Source: Eledone cirrhosa | Taxonomy: Eukaryota | Length of the DNA stretch: 64,000 bases | NCBI GenBank assembly: GCA_964016885.1 | Contig: OZ024742.1 | Span: 164,672,001-164,736,000 of the forward strand | Direction of reading: 5' to 3' | Position numbers and translations under genes: made by a program | Notes under the pieces: generated by a model | The model's input: the letters and a program-made list of their open reading frames with translations, nothing else | What the model was told of the DNA's origin: nothing | Database searches by the model: none | Shown here: positions 9,901 through 23,449 of the stretch, piece by piece | How the letters are laid out: each line of letters starts with the position of its first letter | How positions within the stretch are numbered: position 1 is the first letter of the stretch

Positions 9901-12900
9901 GATTTTTTTTACAAATTATCTCCCCCTGATTTTTTTTTACAAATTATCTCCCCCTGATTTTTTTTTACAAATTATCTCCCCCTGATTTTTTTTTACAAAT
10001 TATCTCACCCTGATTTTTTTTACAAATTATCTCTCCCTGATTTTTTTACAAATTATCTCCCCTTGGCTGGCTGGAAATTATCTCCCCTTGGAGGCTGGAA
10101 TTTATCTCCCCTTGGACGGCTAGAAATTACCTCTCCTTGGACGGCTGGAAAATATGTCTCCTTGGACGGCTGGATATTATCTACCCTTGGACGGCTGGAA
10201 ATTATCTCCCCTTGGACGGCTGGAAATTATCTCCTCTTGGACGGCTAGATATTACCTCCCCTTGGACGGCTGGAAATTATCTCCCCTTGATTTTTTTACA
10301 AATTATCTCCCCCTGATTTTTTTACAAATTATCTCCCCCTGATTTTTTTTACAAATTATCTCCGCCTAATTTTTTTAAATATTATCTTCCCTTGGCTGGC
10401 GGGAAATTATCTCCCCTTGGACGGCTGAAAATTATCTCCCCTTGGACGGCTGGAATTTATCTCCCCTTGGACGGCTAGAAATTACCTCTCCTTGGAAGGC
10501 TGGAAAATATGTCCTTGGACGGCTGGATATTATCTACCCTTGGACGGCTGGAAATTATCTCCCCTTGGACGGCTGGAAATTATCTCCCCTTGGACGGCTA
10601 GATATTACCTCCCCTTGGACGGCTGAAAATTATCTCCCCTTGGACGGCTGGAAATTATCTCCCCTTGATTTTTTTTACAAATTATCTCCCCCTGATTATT
10701 TTTTACAAATTATCCCCTGATTTTTTTTTTACAAATTATCTCCCCCTGATTTTTTTTACAAATTATCTCCCCCTGATTTTTTTACAAATTATCTCCCCTT
10801 GGCTGGCTGGAAATTATCTCCCATTGGAGGCTGGAATTTATCTCCCCTTGGACGGTTAGAAATTACCTCCCCTTGGACGGCTGAAAAATATGTCTCCTTG
10901 GACGGCTGGAAATTATCGCCCCTTGGACGGCTGGAAATTATCTCCCCTTGGACGGCTGGAAATTATCTCTCATCGGACGGCTAGAAATTACTTCTCCTTG
11001 GACAGCTGAAAATTATCTCCCCTTGGACGGCTGGAAATTATCTCCCCTTGATTTTTTTTACAAATTATCTCCCCCTGATTTTTTTTTACAAATTATCTCC
11101 CCCTGATTTTTTTTACAAATTATCTCCCCCTGATTTTTTTTTACAAATTATCTCCCCCTGATATTTTTTACAAATTATCTCCCCCTGATTTTTTTACAAA
11201 TTATCTCCCCTTGGCTGGCTGGAAATTATCTCCCCTTGGAGGCTGGAATTTATCTCCCCTTGGACGGCTAGAAATTACCTCGCCTTGGACGGCTGGAAAA
11301 TATGTCTCCTTGGACGGCTGGAAATTATCTCCCCTTGGACGGCTGGAAATTATCTCCCCTTGGACAGCTGGAAATTATCTCCCCTTGGACGGCTAGATAT
11401 TACCTCCCCTTGGACGGCTGGAAATTATCTCCCCTTGATTTTTTTTACAAATTATCTCCCCCTGATTTTTTTTTACAAATTATCTCCCCCTGATTTTTTT
11501 TTACGAATTATCTCCCCCCGATTTTTTTTTACAAATTATCTCCCCTTGAACGGCTGGAAATTATCTCCCCTTGGACGGCTGGAAATTATCTCCCCTTGGA
11601 CGGCTAGAAATTACCTCTCCTTGGACGGCTGAAAATTATCTCCCCTTGGACGGCTGCAAATTATCTCCCCTTGATTTTTTAACAAATTATCTCCCCCTGA
11701 TTTTTTTTTACAAATTATCTCCCCCTGATTTTTTTTTACAAATTATCTCCCCCTGATTTTTTTTTACAAATTATCTCCCCCTGATTTTTTTACAAATTAT
11801 CTCCCCCTGATTTTTTTTACAATCTCCGCCTGATTTTTTAAAAAATTATCTTCCCTTGGCTGGCGGGAAATTATCTCCCCTTGGACGGCTGGAAATCATC
11901 TCCCCTTGGAGGGCTGGAAATTATCTCCCCTTGGACAGCTGGAAATTATCTGCCCTTGATTTTGTTTTTACAAATTATCTCCCCCTGATTTTTTTTACAA
12001 ATTATCTCCACCTGATTTTTTAAAAAATTATCTCCCCTTGGACGGCTGGAAATTATCTCCCCTTGATTTTTTTACAAATTATCTCCCCCTGATTTTTTTT
12101 ACAAATTATCTCCCCCTGATTTTATGTTACAAATTATCTCCCCCTGATTTTTTTACAAATTATCTCCCCCTGATTTTTTTTACAAATTATCTCCGCCTGA
12201 TTTTTTTAAATATTATCTTCCCTTGGCTGGCGGGAAATTATCTCCCCTTGGACGGCTGGAAATTATCTCCCCTTGATTTTTTTTACAAATTATCTCCCCC
12301 TGATTTTTTTTTACAAATTATCTCCCCCTGATTTTTTTTTACAAATTATCTCCCCCTGATTTTTTTTACAAATTATCTCCCCCTGATTTTTTTTTACAAA
12401 TCTCCCCCTGATTTTTTTATAAATTATCTCCCCTTGGCTGGCTGGAAATTATCTCCCCTTGGAGGCTGGAATTTATCTCCCCTTGGACGGCTAGAAATTA
12501 CCTCTCCTTGGATGGCTGGAAAATATGTCTCCTTGGACGGCTGGATATTATCTACCCTTGGACGGCTGGAAATTATCTCCCCTTGGACGGCTGGAAATTA
12601 TCTCCCCTTGGACGGCTAGATATTACCTCCCATTGGACGGCTGGAAATTATCTCCCCTTGATTTTTTTTACAAATTATCTCCCCCTGATTTTTTTTTACG
12701 AATTATCTCCCCCTGATTTTTTTTTACAAATTATCTCCGCCTGATTTTTTTTTTTAAATTATCTCCCCTTGAACGGCTGGAAATTATCTCCCCTTGGACG
12801 GCTGGAAATTATCTCCCCTTGGACGGCTAGAAATTACCTCTCCTTGGACGGCTGAAAATTATCTCCCCTTGGACGGCTGCAAATTATCTCCCCTTGATTT

Positions 12901-15900
12901 TTTTAACAAATTATCTCCCCCTGATTTTTTTTTACAAATTATCTCCCCCTGATTTTTTTTACAAATTATCTACGCCTAATTTTTTTTACAAATTATCTTC
13001 CCCTGATTTTTTTTTACAAATTATCTCCCCCTGATTTTTTTAAATATTATCTTCCCTTGGCTGGCGGGAAATTATCTCCCCTTGGACGGCTGAAAATTAT
13101 CTCTCCTTGGACGGCTGGAAATTATCTCCCCTTGATTTTTTTTACAAATTATCTCCCCCTGATTATTTTTTACAAATTATCTCCCCCTGATTTTTTTTTA
13201 CAAATTATCTCCCCCTGATTTTTTTTACAAATTATCTCCCCCTGATTTTTTTACAAATTATCTCCCCTTGGCTGGCTGGAAATTATCTCCCCTTGGAGGC
13301 TGGAATTTATCTCCCCTTGGACGGTTAGAAATTACCTCTCCTTGGACGGCTGGAAAATATGTCTCCTTGGACGGCTGGAAATTATCGCCCCTTGGACGGC
13401 TGGAAATTATCTCCCCTTGGACGGCTGGAAATTATCTCTCCTCGGACGGCTAGAAATTACCTCTCCTTGGACAGCTGAAAATTATCTCCCCTTGGACGGC
13501 TGGAAATTATCTCCCCTTGATTTTTTTTACAAATTATCTCCCCCTGATTTTTTTTTACAAATTATCTCCCCCTGATTTTTTTTTACAAATTATCTCCCCC
13601 TGATTTTTTTTTACAAATTATCTCCCCCTGATATTTTTTACAAATTATCTCCCCCTGATTTTTTTACAAATTATCTCCCCTTGGCTGGCTGGAAATTATC
13701 TCCCCTTGGAGGCTGGAATTTATCTCCCCTTAGACGGCTAGAAATTACCTCGCCTTGGACGGCTGGAAAATATGTCTCCTTGGACGGCTGGAAATTATCT
13801 CCCCTTGGACGGCTGGAAATTATCTCCCCTTGGACGGCTGGAAATTATCTCCCCTTGGACGGCTAGATATTACCTCCCCTTGGACGGCTGGAAATTATCT
13901 CCCCTTGATTTTTTTTACAAATTATCTCCCCCTGATTTTTTTTTACAAATTATCTCCCCCTGATTTTTTTTTACGAATTATCTCCCCCCGATTTTTTTTT
14001 ACAAATTATCTCCGCCTGATTTTTTTAAAAAAATTATCTCCCCTTGAACGGCTGGAAATTATCTCCCCTTGGACGGCTGGAAATTATCTCCCCTTGGACG
14101 GCTAGAAATTACCTCTCCTTGGACGGCTGAAAATTATCTCCCCTTGGACGGCTGCAAATTATCTCCCCTTGATATTTAACAAATTATCTCCCCCTGATTT
14201 TTTTTTACAAATTATCTCCCCCTGATTTTTTTTTACAAATTATCTCCCCCTGATTTTTTTTTACAAATTATCTCCCCCTGATTTTTTTACAAATTATCTC
14301 CCCCTGATTTTTTTTACAATCTCCGCCTGATTTTTTTAAAAATTATCTTCCCTTGGCTGGCGGGCAATTATCTCCCCTTGGACGGCTGGAAATTATATCC
14401 CCTTGGAAGGATGGAAATTATCTCCCCTTGGACGGCTGGAAATTATCTCCCCTTGGACGGCTGGAAATTATCTCCCCTTGGACAGCTGGAAATTATCTGC
14501 CCTTGATTTTGTTTTTACAAATTATCTCCCCCTGATTTTTTTTACAAATTATCTCCACCTGATTTTTTAAAAAATTATCTCCCCTTGGACGGCTGGAAAT
14601 TATCTCCCCTTGATTTTTTTACAAATTATCTCCCCCTGATTTTTTTTACAAATTATCTCCCCCTGATTTTTTGTTACAAATTATCTCCCCCTGATTTTTT
14701 TAAAAATTATCTCCCCCTGATTTTTTTTACAAATTATCTCCGCCTGATTTTTTTAAATATTATCTTCCCTTGGCTGGCGGGAAATTATCTCCCCTTGGAC
14801 GGCTGAAAATTATCTCCCCTTGGACGGCTGGAAATTATCTCCCCTTGATTTTTTTACAAATTATCTCCCCCTGATTTTTTTTTACAAATTATCTCCCCCT
14901 GATTTTTTTTACAAATTATCTCCCCCTGATTTTTTTTTACAAATTATCTCCCCCTGATTTTTTTTTACAAATTATCTCCCCCTGATTTTTTTACAAATTA
15001 TCTCCCCTTGGCTAGCTGGAAATTATCTCCCCTTGGAGGCTGGAATTTATCTCCCCTTGGACGGCTAGAAATTACCTCTCCTTGGACGGCTGGAAAATAT
15101 GTCTCCTTGGACGGCTGGATATTATCTACCCCTGGACGGCTGGAAATTATCTCCCCTTGGACGGCTGGAAATTATCTCCCCTTGGACGGCTAGATATTAC
15201 CTCCCCTTGGACGGCTGGAAATTATCTCCCCTTGATTTTTTTTACAAATTATCTCCCCCTGATTTTTTTTTACGAATTATCTCCCCCTGATTTTTTTTTA
15301 CAAATTATCTCCGCCTGATTTTTTTTTTAAATTATCTCCCCTTGAACGGCTGGAAATTATCTCCCCTTGGACGGCTGGAAATTATCTCCCCTTGGACGGC
15401 TAGAAATTACCTCTCCTTGGACGGCTGAAAATTATCTCCCCTTGGACGGCTGCAAATTATCTCCCCTTGATTTTTTTAACAAATTATCTCCCCCTGATTT
15501 TTTTTTACAAATTATCTCCCCCTGATTTTTTTTTACAAATTATCTACGCCTAATTTTTTTTACAAATTATCTCCCCCTGATTTTTTTTTACAAATTATCT
15601 CCCCCTGATTTTTTTTACAAATTATCTCCCCCTGATTTTTTTTTACAAATTATCTCCCCCTGATTTTTTTACAAATTATCTCCCCCCTGAATTTTTTTAC
15701 AATCTCCGCCTGATTTTTTTAAAAATTATCTTCCCTTGGCTGGCAGGAAATTATCTCCCCTTGGTCGGCTGGAAATTATATCCCCTTGGAAGGATGGAAA
15801 TTATCTCCCCTTGGACGGCTGGAAATTATCTCCCCTTGGACGGCTGGAAATTACCTCCCCTTGGACAGCTGGAAATTATCTGCCCTTGATTTTGTTTTTA

Positions 15901-16464
15901 CAAATTATCTCCCCCTGATTTTTTTTACAAATTATCTCCACCTGATTTTTTAAAAAATTATCTCCCCTTGATTTTTTTACAAATTATCTCCCCCTGATTT
16001 TTTTTACAAATTATCTCCCCCTGATTTTTTTTTTACAAATTATCTCCCCCTGATTTTTTTACAAATTATCTCCCCCTGATTTTTTTTACAAATTATCTCC
16101 GCCTGATTTTTTTTACAAATTATCTCCCCTTGGCTGGCTGGAAATTATCTCCCCTTGGAGGCTGGAATTTATCTCCCCTTGGACGGCTAGAAATTACCTC
16201 TCCTTGGACGGCTGGAAAATATGTCCTTGGACGGCTGGATATTATCTACCCTTGGACGGCTGGAAATTATCTCCCCTTGGACGGCTGGAAATTATCTCCC
16301 CTTGGAGGCTGGAATTTATCTCCCCTTGGACGGCTAGAAATTACCTCTCCTTGGACGGCTGGAAAATATGTCCTTGGACGGCTGGATATTACCTCCCCTT
16401 GGACGGCTGGAAATTATCTCCCCTTGATTTTTTTTACAAATTATCTCCCCCTGATTTTTTTTAC

Positions 16465-16875
16465 AAATCTAATGATTTTAAAAAAAAAATTATCTCCCCT
16501 TCGCTGGCTGGAAATTATCTCCCCTTCGCTGGCTGGAAATTATCTCCCCTTGGACGCTGGAAATTATAGCCCCTTGGAGGGCTGGAAATTATCTTCCCTT
16601 GGACGGCTGGAAATTATCTCCCCTTGGCTCGAAATTATCTCCCCTTGGACGGCTAGAAATTATCTCTCTTTGGACGGCTGGAAATTATCTCCCTTTGATT
16701 TTTTTTACAAATTATCTCCCCCTGATTTTTTTTACAAATCTCCCCCTGATTTTTTAAAAAAAATTATCTCCCCTTCGCTGGCTGGAAATTATCTCCCCTT
16801 GGACACTGGAAATTATAGCCCCTTGGAGGGCTGGAAATTATCTTCCCTTGGACGGCTGGAAATTATCTCTGCTTG
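16465..16875 (+). repeat. Divergent satellite cassette, copy 1 of 3
   Basis: AAATCTAATGA-T4-A10, TTCGCTGGCTGG x2, GGACGCTGG (24 bp), TATAGCCCC, GGAGGGCTGG, GGCTCGAAA (21 bp) and GGACACTGG. Repeated at about 26875-27260 and 28465-28850. Confidence 0.88.
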
Positions 16876-17269
16876 ATTTTTTTTACAAATTATCTCCCCC
16901 TGATTTTTTTTTACAAATTATCCCCCCCGATTTTTTTTACAAATTATCTCCCCCTGATTTTTTTTACAAATTATCTCCCCTTGGACGGCTGGAAATTATC
17001 TCCCCTTGGACGGCTGGAAATTATCTCCCCTTGGACGGCTAGAAATTACCTCTCCTTGGACGACTGAAAATTATCTCCCCTTGGACGGCTGCAAATTATC
17101 TCCCCTTGATTTTTTTTACAAATTATCTCCGCCTGATTTTTTTTTAAAAATTATCTCCCCTTGGACGGCTGGAAATTACCTCCCCTTGGACGGCTGGAAA
17201 TTATCTCCCCTTGGACGGCTAGAAATTACCTCTCATTGGACGGCTGAAAATTATCTCCCCTTGGACGGC

Positions 17270-20200
17270 TGGAAATTATCTCCCCTTGATTTTTTTTACA
17301 AATTATCTCCCCCTGATTTTTTTTTACAAATTATCTCCCCCTGATTTTTTTTTTACAAATTATCTCCGCCTGATTTTTTTTTAAAATTATCTCTCCTTGG
17401 ACGGCTGGATATTATCTCCCCTTTCATTTTTTTTACAAATTATCTCCCCCTGATTTTTTTTTACAAATTATCTCCCCCTGATTTTTTTTTTACAAATTAT
17501 CTACCCCTAATTTTTTTTTACAAATTATCTCCCCCTGATTTTTTTTACAAATTATCTCCCCCTGATTTTTTTTTTACAAATTATCTCCCCCTGATTTTTT
17601 TACAATCTCCCCCTGATTTTTTTTACAAATTATCTCCGCCTGATTTTTTTAAATATTATCTTCTCTTGGCTGGCGGGAAATTATCTCCCCTTGGACGGCT
17701 GAAAATTTTCTCCCCTTGGACGGCTGGAAATTATCTCCCCTTGATTTTTTTTACAAATTATCTCCCCCTGATTTTTTTTTACAAATTATCTCCCCCTGAT
17801 TTTTTTTACAAATTATCTCCCCCTGATTTTTTTTTACAAATTATCTCCCCCTGATTTTTTTTACAAATTATCTCCCCCTGATTTTTTTACAAATTATCTC
17901 CCCTTGGCTGGCTGGAAATTATCTCCCCTTGGAGGCTGGAATTTATCTCCCCTTGGACGGCTAGAAATTACCTCTCCTTGGACGGCTGGAAAATATGTCC
18001 TTGGACGGCTGGATATTATCTACCCTTGGACGGCTGGAAATTATCTCCCCTTGGACGGCTGGAAATTATCTCCCCTTGGACGGCTAGATATTACCTCCCC
18101 TTGGACGGCTGGAAATTATCTCCCCTTGATTTTTTTTACAAATTATCCCCCCCTGATTTTTTTTTACAAATTATCTCCCCCTGATTTTTTTTTACAAATT
18201 ATCTACCCCTGATTTTTTTTTACAAATTATCTCCCCCTAATTTTTTTTACAAATTATCTCTCCCTGATTTTTTTTTACAAATTATCTCCCCCTGATTTTT
18301 TTTTACAAATTATCTACCCCTGATTTTTTTTTACAAATTATCTCCCCCTGATTTTTTTTACAAATTATCTCCCCCTGATTTTTTTACAAATTATCTCCCC
18401 CCGATTTTTTTTACAAATTATCTCCGCCTAATTTTTTTAAATATTATCTTCCCTTGGCTGGCGGGAAATTATCTCCCCTTGGACGGCTGAAAATTATCTC
18501 CCCTTGGACGGCTGGAAATTATCTCCCCTTGATTTTTTTACAAATTATCTCCCCCTGATTATTTTTTACAAATTATCTCCCCCTGATTTTTTTTTACAAA
18601 TTATCTCCCTCTGATTTTTTTTACAAATTATCTCCCCTTGGCTGGCTGGAAATTATCTCCCCTTGGAGGCTGGAATTTATCTCCACTTGGACGGTTAGAA
18701 ATTACCTCTCCTTGGACTGCTGGAAAATATGTCTCCTTGGACGGCTGGAAATTATCTCCCCTTGGACGGCTGGAAATTATCTCCCCTTGGACGGCTGGAA
18801 ATTATCTCTCCTCGGACGACTAGAAATTACCTCTCCTTGGACAGCTGAAAATTATCTCCCCTTGGACGGCTGGAAATTATCTCCCCTTGATTTTTTTTAC
18901 AAATTATCTCCCCCCGATTTTTTTTTACAAATTATCTCCCCCTGATTTTTTTTTACAAATTATCTCCCCCTGATTTTTTTTACAAATTATCTCCCCCTGA
19001 TATTTTTTACAAATTATCTCTCCCTGATTTTTTTACAAATTATCTCCCCTTGGCTGGCTGGAAATTATCTCCCCTTGGAGGCTGGAATTTATCTCCCCTT
19101 GGACGGCTAGAAATTACCTCGCCTTGGACGGCTGGAAAATATGTCTCCTTGGACGGCTGGAAATTATCTCCCCTTGGACGGCTGGAAATTATCTCCTCTT
19201 GGACGGCTGGAAATTATCTCCCCTTGGACGGCTAGATATTACCTCCCCTTGGACGGCTGGAAATTATCTCCCCTTGATTTTTTTTACAAATTATCTCCCC
19301 CTGATTTTTTTTTTAAATTATCTCCCCTTGAACGGCTGGAAATTATCTCCCCTTGGACGGCTGGAAATTATCTCCCCTTGGACGGCTAGAAATTACCTCT
19401 CCTTGGACGGCTGAAAATTATCTCCCCTTGGACGGCTGCAAATTATCTCCCCTTGATTTTTTAACAAATTATCTCCCCCTGATTTTTTTTTACAAATTAT
19501 CTCCCCCTGATTTTTTTTTACAAATTATCTACGCCTAATTTTTTTTACAAATTATCTCCCCCTGATTTTTTTTTACAAATTATCTCCCCCTGATTTTTTT
19601 TACAAATTATCTCCCCCTGATTTTTTTTTACAAATTATTTCCCCCTGATTTTTTTACAAATTATCTCCCCCCTGATTTTTTTTACAATCTCCGCCTGATT
19701 TTTTTAAAAATTATCTTGCCTTGGCTGGCGGGAAATTATCTCCCCTTGGACGGCTGGAAATTATATCCCCTTGGACGGCTGGAAATTACCTCCCCTTGGA
19801 CAGCTGGAAATTATCTGCCCTTGATTTTGTTTTTACAAATTATCTCCCCCTGATTTTTTTTACAAATTATCTCCACCTGATTTTTTAAAAAATTATCTCC
19901 CCTTGGACGGCTGGAAATTATCTCCCCTTGATTTTTTTACAAATTATCTCCCCCTGATTTTTTTTACAAATTATCTCCCCCTGATTTTTTTTTACAAATT
20001 ATCTGCCCCTGATTTTTTTACAAATTATCTCCCCCTGATTTTTTTTACAAATTATCTCCGCCTGATTTTTTTAAATATTATCTTCCCTTGGCTGGCGGGA
20101 AATTATCTCCCCTTGGACGGCTGATAATTATCTCCCCTTGGCCGGCTGGAAATTATCTCCCCTTGATTTTTTTTACAAATTATCTCCCCCTGATTTTTTT

Positions 20201-22045
20201 TTACAAATTATCTCCCCCTGATTTTTTTTACAAATTATCTCCGCCTGATTTTTTTAAATATTATCTTCCCTTGGCTGGCTGGAAATTATCTCCCCTTGGA
20301 GGCTGGAATTTATCTCCCCTTGGACGGCTAGAAATTACCTCTCCTTGGACGGCTGGAAAATATTTCTCCTTGGACGGCTGGATATTATCTACCCTTGGAC
20401 GGGTGGAAATTATCTCCCCTTGGACGGCTGGAAATTATCTCCCCTTGGACGGCTAGATATTACCTCCCCTTGGACGACTGGAAATTATCTCCCCTTGATT
20501 TTTTTTACAAATTATCTCCCCCTGATTTTTTTTTTACAAATTATCTCCCCCTGATTTTTTTACAAATTATCTCCCCCTGATTTTTTTTACAAATTATCTC
20601 CGCCTGATTTTTTTAAATATTATCTTCTCTTGGCTGGCGGGAAATTATCTCCCCTTGGACGGTTGAAAATTATCTCCCCTTGGACGGCTGGAAATTATCT
20701 CCCCTTGATTTTTTTTACAAATTATCTCCCCCTGATTTTTTTTAAAAAATTATCTCCCCCTGATTTTTTTTTACAAATTATCTCCCCCTGATTTTTTTTT
20801 ACAAATTATCTCCCCCTGATTTTTTTTACAAATTATCTCCCCCTGATTTTTTACAAATTATCTCCCCTTGGCTGGCTGGAAATTATCTCCCCTTGGACAC
20901 TGTAAATTATAGCCCCTTGGAGGGCTGGAAATTATCTTACCTTGGACGGCTGGAAATTATCTCTGCTTGATTTTTTTTACAAATTATCTCCCCCTGATTT
21001 TTTTTTACAAATTATCCCCCCCGATTTTTTTTACAAATTATCTCCCCCTGATTTTTTTTACAAATTATCTCCCCTTGGACGGCTGGAAATTATCTCCCCT
21101 TGGACGGCTGGAAATTATCTCTCCTTGGACGGCTAGAAATTACCTCTCCTTGGACGACTGAAAATTATCTCCCCTTGGACGGCTGCAAATTATCTCCCCT
21201 TGATTTCTTTTACAAATTATCTCCGCCTGATTTTTTTTTTAAAATTATCTCCCCTTGGACGGCTGGAAATTACCTCCCCTTGGACGGCTGGAAATTATCT
21301 CCCCTTGGACGGCTAGAAATTACCTCTCATTGGACGGCTGAAAATTATCTCCCCTTGGACGGCTGGAAATTATCTCCCCTTGATTTTTTTTACAAATTAT
21401 CTCCCCCTGATTTTTTTTTTACAAATTATCTCCGCCTGATTTTTTTTTAAAATTATCTCTCCTTGGACGGCTGGATATTATCTCCCCTTTCATTTTTTTT
21501 ACAAATTATCTCCCCCTGATTTTTTTTTACAAATTATCTCCCCCTGATTTTTTTTTACAAATTATCTACCCCTAATTTTTTTTTACAAATTATCTCCCCC
21601 TGATTTTTTTTACAAATTATCTCCCCCTGATTTTTTTTTTACAAATTATCTCCCCCTGATTTTTTTACAAATTATCTCCCCCTGATTTTTTTTACAAATT
21701 ATCTCCGCCTGATTTTTTTAAATATTATCTTCTCTTGGCTGGCGGGAAATTATCTCCCCTTGGACGGCTGAAAATTATCTCCCCTTGGACGGCTGGAAAT
21801 TATCTCCCCTTGATTTTTTTTACAAATTATCTCCCCCTGATTTTTTTTTACAAATTATCTCCCCCTGATTTTTTTTTACAAATTATCTCCCCCTGATTTT
21901 TTTTACAAATTATCTCCCCCTGATTTTTTTACAAATTATCTCCCCTTGGCTGGCTGGAAATTATCTCCCCTTGGAGGCTGGAATTTATCTCCCCTTGGAC
22001 GGCTAGAAATTACCTCTCCTTGGACGGCTGGAAAATATGTCCTTG
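17270..22045 (+). repeat. Segmental copy of ~170-4975 (offset 17,100-17,127)
   Basis: Matched landmarks 777/17904, 1538/18638, 1950/19050, 2803/19903 and 3843/20942. Rare variants GCTGATAATT, GGGTGG, AAATATTTCTCC and GGACACTGTAAA are shared. Confidence 0.88.
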
Positions 22046-23449
22046 GACGGCTGGAAATTATCTCCCCTTGGACAGCTGGAAATTATCTGCCCTTGATTTT
22101 GTTTTTACAAATTATCTCCCCCTGATTTTTTTTACAAATTATCTCCACCTGATTTTTTAAAAAATTATCTCCCCTTGGACGGCTGGAAATTATCTCCCCT
22201 TGGCTGGAAATTATCTCCCCTTGGACGGCTAGAAATTATCTCTCTTTGGACGGCTGGAAATTATCTGCCTTTGATTTTTTTTACAAATTATCTCCCCCTG
22301 ATTTTTTTTTACAAATTATCTCACCCTGATTTTTTTTACAAATTATCTCCCTCTGATTTTTTTACAAATTATCTCCCCTTGGCTGGCTGGAAATTATCTC
22401 CCCTTGGAGGCTGGAATTTATCTCCCCTTGGACGGCTAGAAATTACCTCTCCTTGGACGGCTGGAAAATATGTCTCCTTGGACGGCTGGATATTATCTAC
22501 CCTTGGACGGCTGGAAATTATCTCCCCTTGGACGGCTGGAAATTATCTCCCCTTGGACGGCTAGATATTACCTACCCTTGGACGGCTGGAAATTATCTCC
22601 CCTTGATTTTTTTACAAATTATCTCCCCCTGATTTTTTTACAAATTATCTCCCCCTGATTTTTTTTACAAATTATCTCCGCCTAATTTTTTTAAATATTA
22701 TCTTCCCTTGGCTGGCGGGAAATTATCTCCCCTTGGACGGCTGAAAATTATCTCCCCTTGGACGGCTGGAAATTATCTCCCCTTGATTTATTTTACAAAT
22801 TATCTCCCCCTGATTTTTTTTTACAAATTATCTCCCCCTGATTTTTTTTACAAATTATCTCCCCCTGATTTTTTTACAAATTATCTCCCCTTGGCTGGCT
22901 GGAAATTATCTCCCCTTGGAGGCTGGAATTTATCTCCCCTTGGACGGCTAGAAATTACCTCTCCTTGGACGGCTGGAAAATATGTCCTTGGACGGCTGGA
23001 TATTATCTACCCTTGGACGGCTGGAAATTATCTCCCCTTGGACGGCTGGAAATTATCTCCCCTTGGACGGCTAGATATTACCTCCCCTTGGACGGCTGGA
23101 AATTATCTCCCCTTGATTTTTTTTACAAATTATCTCCCCCTGATTTTTTTTTACAAATTATCTCCCCCTGATTTTTTTTTACAAATTATCTACCCCTGAT
23201 TTTTTTTTACAAATTATCTCCCCCTGATTTTTTTTACAAATTATCTCCCCCTGATTTTTTTTTACAAATTATCTCCCCCTGATTTTTTTTTACAAATTAT
23301 CTACCCCTGATTTTTTTTACAAATTATCTCCCCCTGATTTTTTTTACAAATTATCTCCCCCTGATTTTGTTTACAAATTATCTCCCCCTGATTTTTTTAC
23401 AAATTATCTCCCCCTGATTTTTTTTACAAATTATCTCCGCCTAATTTTT

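Noticed and set aside
16130-16876. Longest ORF (248 aa; 240-aa copy at 26539)
   Set aside because: It is a chance read-through of a long A run plus the divergent island. The third copy (28129) is broken by a stop from a T/A shift, so the frame is not conserved.
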